Assembly (NCBI GenBank): GCA_041601615.1 | Contig: JBFIHX010000006.1 | Location: forward strand, 32,001 to 96,000 | Direction of reading: 5' to 3' | Origin: Thermoplasmatota archaeon | Lineage (GTDB): Archaea > Thermoplasmatota > E2 > JACPAO01 > JAHFTW01 | Length of the DNA stretch: 64,000 bases | In this document: in pieces, positions 28,077 to 37,845 of the stretch | Numbering within the stretch: the stretch's first letter is position 1 | Layout of the letters: every line of letters begins with the position of its first letter | Program-made: the position numbers and the translations under genes | The notes under the pieces: generated by a model | What the model was told of the DNA's origin: nothing | The model's input: only the letters and a program-made list of their open reading frames with translations | Database searches by the model: none

Positions 28077-28175
28077 GCACGGATTCCTCGTAGCAACCAG
28101 AGAAACGGTCGGCGCCCATTCGCTAGATGGGTTCCGTTGCAGTGGAGCCATAAATGGTCCGCCAAATCGGCTCGT

Positions 28176-28430
28176 ATGCGCGCCTTGCTCGCTGCGACCC
28201 TCGTCGCATCTCTGACCCTAGCCCTACTCTCCATGCCCCTGAGCGCCTCTGCGGCGCCTTGCCAAGGACCCAATCAAGTCATCGTGGATGATGTCCGCGA
28301 CACCCTGAACGGCGACGTGGAGTGTGGCAGTCTCAGCGAGCCTTGCTTCATGTACAGCACCTGCCCGCGCAGCTGCGGCGGTGGCCCAGACAGCATCTTC
28401 ACGTGGATCATCGGTCCGATTTACTGCTAG
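28176..28430 (+). CDS. Secreted 6-Cys peptide, paralog 2
   Basis: Same pattern as 27828..28076 (APCQGPN, CGSL, PCF, WIIGPIYC). Conservation of both copies supports coding status. Confidence 0.8.
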   Translation: MRALLAATLVASLTLALLSMPLSASAAPCQGPNQVIVDDVRDTLNGDVECGSLSEPCFMYSTCPRSCGGGPDSIFTWIIGPIYC

Positions 28431-28468
28431 CTACCTAGCCTGACCCCAGTGCTTGCGGCAGGATTGGC

Positions 28469-28882
28469 TTAGCTGCGTGGAGAGGTATCCTGCCAGCACG
28501 CCATGATGTTGCCGCCGGGCGCTTCGAACGTCAGCATCTTGCCCATTTCAGGAATTTCTTGAACGGGGCTGATGATTTTTCCTCCGTTTTTCTCGATGCT
28601 TGCTTGGGCCGCTTTGATGTCGGCCACACCGATGTAGTTGGCAACGGATGGTCCTCGTTCGGCTTTGTCCACGGGGCGAATGCCTCCGACCATGTTGCCT
28701 TGGCCGTCTCGAACGAACGTGTAGGGCGGCGTGCCGGCGGCGGCGGGGGCGTCCTCGAATTTCCAGTGGAAGGTGTTCTGGAAGAAGGTGCGCGTGGCGT
28801 GCACGTCCTTCGTTGCCAGCTCCGTGTGGACGATGGTGTTGAGCATGTTCTTTGCGGGTGCGGTGGTAGCTGTTGTGGCCAT
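28469..28882 (-). CDS. VOC/glyoxalase-family protein
   Basis: IVHTELAT.D...TRTFF..TFHWKF, YIGVADI, GGKIISP..EIP.MG and F.APGGN motifs. Confidence 0.88.
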   Translation of the reverse strand: MATTATTAPAKNMLNTIVHTELATKDVHATRTFFQNTFHWKFEDAPAAAGTPPYTFVRDGQGNMVGGIRPVDKAERGPSVANYIGVADIKAAQASIEKNGGKIISPVQEIPEMGKMLTFEAPGGNIMACWQDTSPRS

Positions 28883-28954
28883 GGTCGTGCCTCGAACCTA
28901 CGGCACTTCGACTCGGGCATGGCTGTTTGGCAAAACCGTGGCGGGCACGGCCCA

Positions 28955-29449
28955 CTAGGGATCGGGAGGCGCGAGGTCCAGCACGGCGATGCGTCCGTCC
29001 ACGGCGTCTCCTTCTTTGGCGTGGATGGCGGCAATGGTGCCGTCTGCGGCCGCCTTGATTTCGTTGCGCATTTTCATCGCTTCCAAGACGAACAAGACGT
29101 CTCCGGCGGCGACCTCTTGGCCGACCGTGACGAGGATTTTGTCAAGTTTTCCGGTCATGGGCGGACGGATGGGGCCGTACACGCCGGCGGTGCTGTCGGC
29201 GGCTCCTGCAACTCCTTGCAGCGAGCGGATGCGGTAGGGGGCCAGGTTGCCGTCGATGCGGGCGGTCTGCGTGCTGATTTCGTCGAAGATGTGCATCGTG
29301 CCGTCGATGCTGACCACGGTTCCGGGGCCGTCGCGGTGGACGTGGACGCGGTAGGTGTGGCCGTCGACTTCGGCGGTCCAGCGGCCGTCGTCGCCTTCGT
29401 CCAGCGTGACCTCGTGCGTGTGGCCGTCCAGATCCAATGTGACTTTCAT
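28955..29449 (-). CDS. accB: Biotin carboxyl carrier protein
   Basis: PPMTGK and EAMKM biotinylation motif. ATGA-coupled to biotin carboxylase. Confidence 0.92.
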   Translation of the reverse strand: MKVTLDLDGHTHEVTLDEGDDGRWTAEVDGHTYRVHVHRDGPGTVVSIDGTMHIFDEISTQTARIDGNLAPYRIRSLQGVAGAADSTAGVYGPIRPPMTGKLDKILVTVGQEVAAGDVLFVLEAMKMRNEIKAAADGTIAAIHAKEGDAVDGRIAVLDLAPPDP

Positions 29450-30948
29450 GCGCCCCTCCAGTCGCGGGTGCCGCCGCTTGGTGCTAGGAGCGGGGGCATT
29501 TGTTGCGCAAGGTGGGCGCCTGCGAGGCCTCCACCGGGTCGGACACGCAGGGCGGCGACGAGGGCGGCGGCGCGGCGGCGGGACGCTTCATCGGCGTCGG
29601 TGCCAGATGCTTGCATGACGTCGTGTTCTTCCAGGAACCTGGTGCTGAGGTCGCCGCAGCGGAAGGACTCGTGGGCAAAGAGCGCCTTGTGGAAGTCTTG
29701 GTTCGTCACGAAGCCGTCCAATGCGAGTTCGCCTAGCGCTTCTTGCATGCGCGCGATGTTTTGTTCGCGGTCGGGGGCGGTGCTGATGAGTTTGAGCACC
29801 ATTGAGTCGTAGACGGCGGGCACGGTCCAGCCTTCGTAGAGGCCGACGTCCGTGCGCACCCCTTCCATGTGCGGTTGGCGAAGGCGGCGGACGGTGCCGG
29901 GGCTCGGCCGGAAGTCGTTGCGAGGGTCCTCGGCGTTGATGCGACACTCAAAGGCATGGCCGCGAAGGACCACGTCTTTTTGCGCAAAGTCGAGGGGTTC
30001 GCCTGCTGCGACGCGGATTTGCCATTGCACAAGGTCGATGCCGGTGACCAGTTCGGTGACCGGGTGTTCCACTTGCAATCGCGTGTTCATTTCGTTGAAG
30101 AAGAACTCGCCGTCTTCGTACAGGAATTCTAGGGTGCCGGCGTTGGTGTAGCCGACGTGCTTGGCTAGTGCCACTGCCTTGGCGCCGATCATTTCCCGGT
30201 CGGCGTCCGAGAGGGCAGGGCTTGGCGCTTCTTCGACCAGTTTCTGGTGGCGCCGCTGGATGCTGCATTCGCGCTCAAAGAGATGCACCACGTTGCCGTG
30301 TTCGTCTCCGAGCACCTGCACTTCGATGTGGCGGGGGCGTTGGATGAACTTCTCCATGAACACATCCGGCACGCCGAACGCGCTCTGGGCTTGCTTGGTG
30401 GCGGAGTCGAAGTCGGATTGGATGGTTTTGGCGGATCGCACGATGCGCATGCCGATGCCGCCACCGCCAGCACTCGCCTTGAGCATCACCGGGTAGCCGA
30501 TTTTGTCCGCTTCCTTGGCCGCTTCCTCGCCGTCGCGCAATGCCTCGGTGCCGGGGGCCACGGGAACGCCCGATGCGACGGCGTTGGCGCGTGCGTTCAC
30601 TTTGTCGCCCATTTTGTCCATGGCTTCGGGGCTGGGGCCGATCCATCGGAGGCCCGCTTCGCGCACCTTGCGGGCAAATTCGGCATTCTCGGACAAGAAA
30701 CCGTACCCCGGGTGGATCGCTTCGGCGCCGGTTTGGGCTGCCGCTTCGAGGATGCGGTCTTGGCGAAGATAGGACTCTGTGCTCGGGGCCGCGCCGAGGC
30801 GGACCGCTTCGTCGGCCATGCGCACATGCAAGGCTTTGGCGTCCGCGTCGCTGTAGACCGCCACTGTGCCGACGCCAAGGGCACGGCAAGCGCGAATCAC
30901 ACGGACGGCAATCTCGCCGCGGTTGGCTATGAGGACCTTCCCGAACAC
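29446..30948 (-). CDS. accC: Biotin carboxylase subunit
   Basis: KVLIANRGEIAVR, IHPGYGFLSEN, GGGGIGMR, ERECSIQRRHQK and EMNTRLQVEHPVTE motifs. Confidence 0.95.
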   Translation of the reverse strand: MFGKVLIANRGEIAVRVIRACRALGVGTVAVYSDADAKALHVRMADEAVRLGAAPSTESYLRQDRILEAAAQTGAEAIHPGYGFLSENAEFARKVREAGLRWIGPSPEAMDKMGDKVNARANAVASGVPVAPGTEALRDGEEAAKEADKIGYPVMLKASAGGGGIGMRIVRSAKTIQSDFDSATKQAQSAFGVPDVFMEKFIQRPRHIEVQVLGDEHGNVVHLFERECSIQRRHQKLVEEAPSPALSDADREMIGAKAVALAKHVGYTNAGTLEFLYEDGEFFFNEMNTRLQVEHPVTELVTGIDLVQWQIRVAAGEPLDFAQKDVVLRGHAFECRINAEDPRNDFRPSPGTVRRLRQPHMEGVRTDVGLYEGWTVPAVYDSMVLKLISTAPDREQNIARMQEALGELALDGFVTNQDFHKALFAHESFRCGDLSTRFLEEHDVMQASGTDADEASRRRAAALVAALRVRPGGGLAGAHLAQQMPPLLAPSGGTRDWRGA

Positions 30949-31046
30949 CTACCTTCGGCACAGGGGCGGGCCTATAAGCGCCTGCGGTCCGGAACGTGTC
31001 CCCGCGACGCTGGTGCGTGGGGTTCGAGGGGGTTCGTGGGGCGGTG

Positions 31047-33017
31047 CTAGGCTTTCTTGCGCCGCAGTGCATCCTCGATGAGCTTGATGCGGTGCTTGGG
31101 TGCCTTCAGAACGTGGTGCAGGGCCTCGCCAAGATCATCCACGAGCACGATTTCGATGCGTCCCCGGTAGCGGTGTTCCAGGAGGATGTCGTTCTCGTTG
31201 GCCTTGGGCAAAACAGCGGTTTTGTAGCCCACGTCGCTGGCGGCTTCGATCATTTGCGTGACGCCTTCCACGTGGCGCAAGCGGCCGCTCACGGCAAGTG
31301 CACCAATGATGACGGTGTCTTGTCGCACGGGCAGGTCTTCGAGGCTGCTGATGCAGGCGATGGCGGTGGCGGCTCCGAGGCTGTCCACGGTGGCGCCTTC
31401 TTGCTGCAGGAGGCTTTGGACGTGGATGTCGATGCCGGCCATGTCGTGGCCGCGCAGGCGCTTGACCATGGCGCTTACGTTGTCTCGGAGGGTGGCGCTG
31501 TGTTCGAGTCCGCCGCCCATGAAGAGGCCTCCACGGTGCCGGTCGCTGCTGATGGTGGAGTCGGATTCCACGGGCACCACGAGGCCTGCGGGTTCGCCGG
31601 TTTCGCCGGTTCCAAGGTAGCTGGCGCCGGTTGCGGTGCCGATGATGGCGCCGTCGGTTTGCATTGCTTCGCGGGCGGTGGTGACTTCGATGCCGCGCCG
31701 GGTGACTTGGTATTCGAGGCTCATGCTCATGTGCTTGGCGCGCAGCACGTCGTCGACGGTGGTGTGTTGGTTACCGGCGTCGTGGGCAAGATCTCCTGCG
31801 GTGCGCACGAGGCCACCGAGTTCACGAAGGCGCAGGGTCAGTTTGCCGCTGTGGCCGCTGCGGCGTTGGGCTTCGCGGATGATTTCGGCAACCGCTGCGG
31901 GCTCGAAGTGGGGAATGGTGCCGTCGCGGCGTACTTCTTGGGCCACGAACCGCACGAGTTTGTGTCGGTTTTCGTCGGTGTCTTCCATGACTGCACGCAC
32001 ATACACTTCGTAGCCGTAGCCACGGATGCGGCTGCGCAGGGCAGGGTGCAATCCGACGTTTTCGCTCTGGGCGGCGGGGTCGATGACGTCCATGTTGCCT
32101 GCGGCGACGAGGATGAAGTCGCAGGGCACGGCGGCGGTGCGGGCCATGGCGCCACTGGAGTTTTCGGCCTTGCCGGTGATGCTGTATTTCTTGTCTTGCA
32201 GTGCGGTGAGCAGGGATTGCTGGGACGCCATGCGCAGGACGTTGATTTCGTCAATGAACAAGACGCCCTTGTGCGCCTTGTGGATGGCTCCGCCTTCCAC
32301 GCGTTCATGCGTCGGTGTCTCTAGGCCGCCGGATTGGTACGGGTCGTGTCGGATGTCTCCGAACAGACTTCCTGCGCCGCTGCCGGTGGCATCCACGAAG
32401 GGTGCTGGGACCGGATGGTCTGGACGTTCGATGAGGAGGTTGGGAACGATGCGGGCCGCCTTCTTGCGGCCGCCCTTGCTCACCATGAAGTAGAAAATGG
32501 CGATGAGCAGGAACAATCCCAGCACCATGAGGCCTTGGAAACTGTCGGAACTGGTGGCGAGGAAGCCCACGCCGACGCCAAGAAGCGCCAGCGCGATGAG
32601 CACGTCGATGACGATGCCGGCCCAGGCGGTGCGGCGCGCTTTGACGCCACTAAGCGACAGCGCCTTGCGGCCGCGTCCACCTTTCATCATGCGGATTCCG
32701 GGGCGATTTTCGTCGTTCGGATTGGCGTAGACCAAGACGTCGTCGAGGTGGCGTTCGGGCAAGATCTGGGCCATGGCTTTGGCTATCATCGATTTGCCCG
32801 TGCCTGGATCTCCCAGCAACAGCAAGTGTCGGCCTTGTCGGGCGGCTTTTCGAGCTACTTCGACGGCTTCGTCTTGGCCGATGACCTCGTCCATCAGGAG
32901 CTTGGGAAGTTGCACCTGGTCCGTGGTGGGTACTTGTTGGTGCTCGACCCAGCGGTGGGGGTCGGCGTCGGATAGTCCCGTGGCGGGCGGCTTGGGTCGC
33001 TTGGTTGCGCGGGGCAT
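31047..33017 (-). CDS. lonB: Archaeal LonB-family AAA+ protein with 2 TM helices; protease dyad Lys replaced by Met
   Basis: VIGQDEA, GDPGTGKS, TM insert, PFVDATG..LFGDIRHDPYQSGGL, LFIDEIN, HPALRSRIRGYGYE. Protease domain reads VDS...GVTQMIEAA. Confidence 0.9.
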   Translation of the reverse strand: MPRATKRPKPPATGLSDADPHRWVEHQQVPTTDQVQLPKLLMDEVIGQDEAVEVARKAARQGRHLLLLGDPGTGKSMIAKAMAQILPERHLDDVLVYANPNDENRPGIRMMKGGRGRKALSLSGVKARRTAWAGIVIDVLIALALLGVGVGFLATSSDSFQGLMVLGLFLLIAIFYFMVSKGGRKKAARIVPNLLIERPDHPVPAPFVDATGSGAGSLFGDIRHDPYQSGGLETPTHERVEGGAIHKAHKGVLFIDEINVLRMASQQSLLTALQDKKYSITGKAENSSGAMARTAAVPCDFILVAAGNMDVIDPAAQSENVGLHPALRSRIRGYGYEVYVRAVMEDTDENRHKLVRFVAQEVRRDGTIPHFEPAAVAEIIREAQRRSGHSGKLTLRLRELGGLVRTAGDLAHDAGNQHTTVDDVLRAKHMSMSLEYQVTRRGIEVTTAREAMQTDGAIIGTATGASYLGTGETGEPAGLVVPVESDSTISSDRHRGGLFMGGGLEHSATLRDNVSAMVKRLRGHDMAGIDIHVQSLLQQEGATVDSLGAATAIACISSLEDLPVRQDTVIIGALAVSGRLRHVEGVTQMIEAASDVGYKTAVLPKANENDILLEHRYRGRIEIVLVDDLGEALHHVLKAPKHRIKLIEDALRRKKA

Positions 33018-33022
33018 GGATT

Positions 33023-35185
33023 TCACTTGGCCTTCGTCGCGAGCGCGACGATTTGTTGGCGTTTTTGACGCACGAGCATTCCGAGGCCGGCGGCGCCCGC
33101 GACACCCGCTCCGGTGGTGAGTCCCAAGGGGACACCGGCGGGGGGCGCAAGGCTCACAGGAACTGCGGGCGGGGAAGTAAAGAGGATGGGCGGTTGCACG
33201 ATGATGCACTCATCGATGCCGCTTGTGAGGCCGCTGAAGGCACCGTATTGGATGACGCCGTGGTCGCCGTAGACGAAGTAAATGAACGGCTCCTTGGTTT
33301 CGGGGTGGATCCAGGTGCTCATGCCATCTTGCAGGTCATCGAACGCGCCGGTGAAGTTGTTGACGACGCCTTCTTGGAACGGGTGGCGAACTTGGCCCAC
33401 TTGCAAGTCGTACACCATCAACGGATACGGTACGCAGTGCTGGAATTTCGCGAGCACTTTGCCGTATTCCACGAAGTCGTTGGGGCCCACGAATTGGTTG
33501 CCGTTTGGATCTACGTTGGGTTGACCAAGGCTGTTGTTGCCACGCTCGGAGTAGCTCAGATACAGGGAGCTGGTGTCGTTGGTGAGTGTCATGGCGCTGA
33601 CGCGTGCCGAAACCACCGAGTCGTACCAGTAGCCGTGGAGGCTGCTGCCAATTTGTTGGGGCGGGCCATCCCAGTGGCGGCCATACCAGCCCCAACTGAG
33701 GCGCACTTGCACGTTGTCGTAGGCGGGGCCGTCGCCCATGAGCCGAACGGAGGTGACGGCCATGCGGCCGGCTTCGTTGATGGCAAGCCGGGGCGTGCCT
33801 CCGATGAGTCCGGGGATGGTGCTGATGAGTTCTGTGTCTCCGTAGGCCGGATCAATGGCCCAGATGTCGGTTTCGCCGATCTTGGCTCCGGCGCGGCCGT
33901 TGTATCCAGCATCTACGACGCAGGCGACGTATGCGCGGCCGTTGTATGCGACGGGGTCGCTGGCGTCGCGGCAGGGGCCGATGAGTTGGTTGTCTCTGAG
34001 GTGGTCCCAGTCCGTTTCGGGGCCTACAGTGGTCCAAACGGCATCGATCCAGCTGCTCATGCCGGTGGTGCTGTTGGCGTAATCGTAGGCGCGTTCGTGC
34101 CAAACCGCCATCACCACGTCGAAGCTGGGGTCGTCGGTGTAGTTGCCCGGTCGGCCGTCGGCGCGGTCTCCGAGTTCTTCCTCACTGGAGGGGGCGGCGG
34201 TGCCGTTGAATGGGTCCTGTTCTTCCTTGGTTTCGTTGCGCAGCGCTTCGTATTCTGCTTGGGTTTCAATTTGGACTCGTGGGGTGACAAGTACGAGGTT
34301 GACTTCGTCGATGCTGTTGCCGGCGGCGCGGTTGCGCACTTTGGTGCCAAAGTGGCTCATGCCGTCCTCCACATCGTTGTCGTGGTAGAGTTGGAAGTGG
34401 TAGTCGAACACCTTGCCTTCCTCGTCGGCGCCAATGGTGCTGCTGTAGAGGTAGGTGGCGTAGATGCGGCCGCTGCGGTCCATGAGGCCGTCCGCCATTT
34501 CTCCGAATCCTTCGCGGCCGTGGGGGTTGTCTTTCCAATCCAAGCCTTGGTTGGTGCTGGTAAACGCCGTGTGGCTCTGGCGTGCTCCGACGCCGCCACT
34601 CGCAGTGGTGCGGCTGCGCGGCGTCGGGCCTTGGTCCGTTGCGGCGCCGTGCAGCGAAAAGAACGCCATGTTGTTTGGATCATTGGAATCAACGGCTAGT
34701 TGCGCGGATCCGAGCAAGTCCTGGTCGTCGATGATGCGGAAGGGGCAATTGGCGCGCACGACGATGGTCTGGGCCGCGTCCCCACTCAGAACATTGCTGC
34801 CATCGGAGGCGGGGCAATGAAAGTCAATGGTCTCTTCGTCCCCCGGTGCCAGCATGGAGACCCACGGCACGGAAGGTTCCAGCACACGAGCCGGGAGGCC
34901 AGCAGGTGCAGCGGGACCCGAATTTGATAGAATGCGCTCGAAGCGAGGAGATCCGTCGATCCGGTGGAGTCCATCCCCGTCTGCCATGCGCTGGGAGCCT
35001 GTGGCCGCTACGGGGTGTGCCTCCAAATCCAGTGCCCATTCGTCGGCCCCGTCCACGGCACCCACCAGGTCGTCAGCGGGAAGTCCCACCGCGAGCGTGG
35101 CGTCCACTGCCAAAAGCAATGCAAGGCACGAAAGGACCCAGGGCTTGCCTCCAATTCCTGCAAGCTGCCGTGGTTGTCCTACCAT
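33023..35185 (-). CDS. Large secreted protein (beta-propeller-like) with C-terminal TM and basic tail
   Basis: N-terminal hydrophobic stretch, QLAVDSNDPNNMAF, STNQGLDW (Asp-box-like), C-terminal GAGVAGAAGLGMLVRQKR. Confidence 0.7.
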   Translation of the reverse strand: MVGQPRQLAGIGGKPWVLSCLALLLAVDATLAVGLPADDLVGAVDGADEWALDLEAHPVAATGSQRMADGDGLHRIDGSPRFERILSNSGPAAPAGLPARVLEPSVPWVSMLAPGDEETIDFHCPASDGSNVLSGDAAQTIVVRANCPFRIIDDQDLLGSAQLAVDSNDPNNMAFFSLHGAATDQGPTPRSRTTASGGVGARQSHTAFTSTNQGLDWKDNPHGREGFGEMADGLMDRSGRIYATYLYSSTIGADEEGKVFDYHFQLYHDNDVEDGMSHFGTKVRNRAAGNSIDEVNLVLVTPRVQIETQAEYEALRNETKEEQDPFNGTAAPSSEEELGDRADGRPGNYTDDPSFDVVMAVWHERAYDYANSTTGMSSWIDAVWTTVGPETDWDHLRDNQLIGPCRDASDPVAYNGRAYVACVVDAGYNGRAGAKIGETDIWAIDPAYGDTELISTIPGLIGGTPRLAINEAGRMAVTSVRLMGDGPAYDNVQVRLSWGWYGRHWDGPPQQIGSSLHGYWYDSVVSARVSAMTLTNDTSSLYLSYSERGNNSLGQPNVDPNGNQFVGPNDFVEYGKVLAKFQHCVPYPLMVYDLQVGQVRHPFQEGVVNNFTGAFDDLQDGMSTWIHPETKEPFIYFVYGDHGVIQYGAFSGLTSGIDECIIVQPPILFTSPPAVPVSLAPPAGVPLGLTTGAGVAGAAGLGMLVRQKRQQIVALATKAK

Positions 35186-35362
35186 CGTGCCGCGCCCATT
35201 TCGCCCCGAGCACTTAGGGATTGTTGCTCCAGCCCCGAATCCTCCTCGTCCTCGCACAGACCACTCAGGCCGACAATCATGCTTGTTTCGGGCCGTTATG
35301 GTAGTCCCAATGCCGGCGTTTGCTCCACAGTGCTTTTGTCGTACGTCGTGCCCTGTCGTTGC

Positions 35363-37054
35363 ATGGCTAGTCGGTCCTCGACGCTCATCACCCTCGCCAT
35401 CTTGGTGGCAGTAGCCGTGGCTGGATGCACAGCACGCGGCGAATCCGCCACCATCGAGGCACCCGCATGGAGTCCTGGATTCACCTGGGCATTCGAAGGC
35501 AGCTTTGCCTACTCGTTCAAGGAATTCTACGATGGGGAAACCGACGCAGAGAATGAATCGGGCCAGTACCGCGTCAAGGAAGTCGTGGTGAACACAGGAT
35601 TTGAGTTCCAAAACGAGAGCACCTTCGCCACCGTGCGCAGCGTTCAGAGCGACTCGGACGAACTACCCGTTCCCGTGGACCGACCATACCTTGCCGCCTA
35701 CCGCCAACGCGACCTCAAACCCTTGCACGTGGAAGGACTGCGAAGCGAATCCTGCAACACCGCAGGCGATTGCACCGCCAACCTTCAAAAATTCCACTTC
35801 GAGGACCCCCGGCCGGGCGTCGATTTCCTGCCCTTCCCAATCCACACCGGCGACACCTGGGGCGGCACCTACGAGCTGTATGACGGCATCATGATGCGTG
35901 TGACGGCCGAAGCAGGTCGCCTCGTGAAGCTCGACACGCCCCTCGGCACCATCGAAGCCATGCGCATCGACATGCGCCGCACCGCCACGAACCTCGCGGA
36001 GACTCTGAGCGAAATGCAGAAGGAGGCCCGAGAGGAAGGCTACGAAATCCAAGATCTTCGCGCCGACATTCGATACGAGGAAGTGCTCTACTTCAGCCCC
36101 GCGTACAAGAACCTCGTACAGTACACCATGGTGGGCGGTCAACGATTCTCAGCCACTGTTCCCTCGGAGGACGGAGGCACGCAGAAGGTCTCCTTCGAAT
36201 CGCGCGTCGAAGAACACAGCGTCCTCTCCGGCGCCCGGCTCGTGGCCGGCCCCGAGCGCGGCCTCGAAGAAATCGGCAACATGCTGGCCACGGGAGAAGG
36301 ACTGGACAACGTCACCGGCACTCCGATTCCCGAATCCACGTTCACAATCGCCATCCGCGCCGTAGATTCCTCCGTCAACGCCTTCGACCACGAAGCCGGG
36401 CGCTTCGAGGCCACCCTAGAAGGAAACGATGCGCTGCCGGAAGGTCATCAATTGCGCTGGAACCTCCTGGACCGCAATGGGCGCATCGTCGCCAACCAAA
36501 CCGGCAACGTGTTCGAGCCCGTGCCGCCCGGCGCCGGACGCTACTCGGTCGTACTGGATGCAATCGATGCACAAGGCGCAGTGGTGGCAAATGCCGGGAG
36601 CGTACTCATCGCCAACCACCAAGGCACCATGCATACCTCGTGTGGAATCGTCACGGCCCGCCCCCTGCTGCAGGTGGGCGCCTGCGAGTCGCTGCCGGTT
36701 CCAGTGCACCTAGGGGCAACGCTGCTGCACATCAGCGCCACGGGCGACCAGCAAAATCCACTCGCCGAATTGCGCGTGTACGATGCGCTAGGACGCGACG
36801 TGCCCGTGCAACAAACAGGCCGCGTCTACTCCGTGGCCTTGGAGTCCTTCGAAGGCTACAACCTCGGCCATGAACCATGGACCGCCATTTGGGGCGCCAG
36901 CCTCGGCGTCTTAGAAGGCGCCACCATCGACGTATCCGTGCTGTACCAAGATGCTATTCAAACCACCGGCAACGTCAACGTGGGCACCGAACCTGGCCTC
37001 CTGCAAGCCCAGGCCGGCCATCGAGCCCCCTCCTGGTTGCACGGCACGCCATAG
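35363..37054 (+). CDS. Hypothetical multidomain lipoprotein (PKD-like segment)
   Basis: Lipobox VAVAGC. APAWSPGFTW, FLPFPI..GDTW and GAGRYSVVLDA motifs. Confidence 0.75.
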   Translation: MASRSSTLITLAILVAVAVAGCTARGESATIEAPAWSPGFTWAFEGSFAYSFKEFYDGETDAENESGQYRVKEVVVNTGFEFQNESTFATVRSVQSDSDELPVPVDRPYLAAYRQRDLKPLHVEGLRSESCNTAGDCTANLQKFHFEDPRPGVDFLPFPIHTGDTWGGTYELYDGIMMRVTAEAGRLVKLDTPLGTIEAMRIDMRRTATNLAETLSEMQKEAREEGYEIQDLRADIRYEEVLYFSPAYKNLVQYTMVGGQRFSATVPSEDGGTQKVSFESRVEEHSVLSGARLVAGPERGLEEIGNMLATGEGLDNVTGTPIPESTFTIAIRAVDSSVNAFDHEAGRFEATLEGNDALPEGHQLRWNLLDRNGRIVANQTGNVFEPVPPGAGRYSVVLDAIDAQGAVVANAGSVLIANHQGTMHTSCGIVTARPLLQVGACESLPVPVHLGATLLHISATGDQQNPLAELRVYDALGRDVPVQQTGRVYSVALESFEGYNLGHEPWTAIWGASLGVLEGATIDVSVLYQDAIQTTGNVNVGTEPGLLQAQAGHRAPSWLHGTP

Positions 37055-37135
37055 CCAGCCGTCAAGTCCCGAAACAGCCGCGCCGCCCACGACTCGCCGT
37101 AAGGATTTTGTAGAAACGCTGACAATTGCGGAGCC

Positions 37136-37786
37136 ATGGCAACCGACCCGAACGACCCCTGGAAGAACTTCCCCGGAGGCAACCCCTTCGGCCCCAACGG
37201 CCCCTTCGGCGGCAACAATCCCTTCGGCCCCGGCGGCCCGTTCTCGGGCGGGGACCCGATGGCCGGCATGGACGCCTGGCTTCGCAACATGGGTGTCGAC
37301 CCAAAGGAATTCCGCGGCCTCTTTGACGAAATGCAGCGCAACCTCCAGGACGCCTTCAAAAACATGGGCCAGGACCCAAGCAAGGGCTTCGTGGCCGGCT
37401 TCAACGTCCGCATGGGCCCCGACGGCAAACCCCACTTCAGCAGCTTTGGCAACAAACCCAAAGTGGCCCGCGTCGGCCCCGGCGGCATGCCCACCCTCGA
37501 AGCACAGGGCCGCGAACCCCTGACGGACGTCATCGAGGACCCCTTGACCATCGCCATCACCATGGAACTGCCCGGCGTCGAGAAGGCTGACATCGACCTC
37601 AACATGACCGAGGGCGCCCTGGAAGTCAGCGTGGACAACGAGCACCGCAAGTACCACAAGACCGTGCGCCTGCCCGCCAAAGTCGATCCCAGCACCACCA
37701 AGGCGACCTACAACAACGGCATTCTGGACGTCACCGTGCGCAAAGCGACCCCCGATGCCAGCGGCGTACGCATCGCTGTGGAATGA
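37136..37786 (+). CDS. hsp20: Archaeal small heat-shock protein Hsp20
   Basis: GFNVRMGPDGKP...FGN, REPLTDV, ELPGVEK, ATYNNGILDV and C-terminal IxV motif. Confidence 0.93.
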   Translation: MATDPNDPWKNFPGGNPFGPNGPFGGNNPFGPGGPFSGGDPMAGMDAWLRNMGVDPKEFRGLFDEMQRNLQDAFKNMGQDPSKGFVAGFNVRMGPDGKPHFSSFGNKPKVARVGPGGMPTLEAQGREPLTDVIEDPLTIAITMELPGVEKADIDLNMTEGALEVSVDNEHRKYHKTVRLPAKVDPSTTKATYNNGILDVTVRKATPDASGVRIAVE

Positions 37787-37845
37787 TTCGGACCGGAAGT
37801 CTTGATAACGCCGCATAGGTGCCCGACCCGCCTGGAGGCCACATA

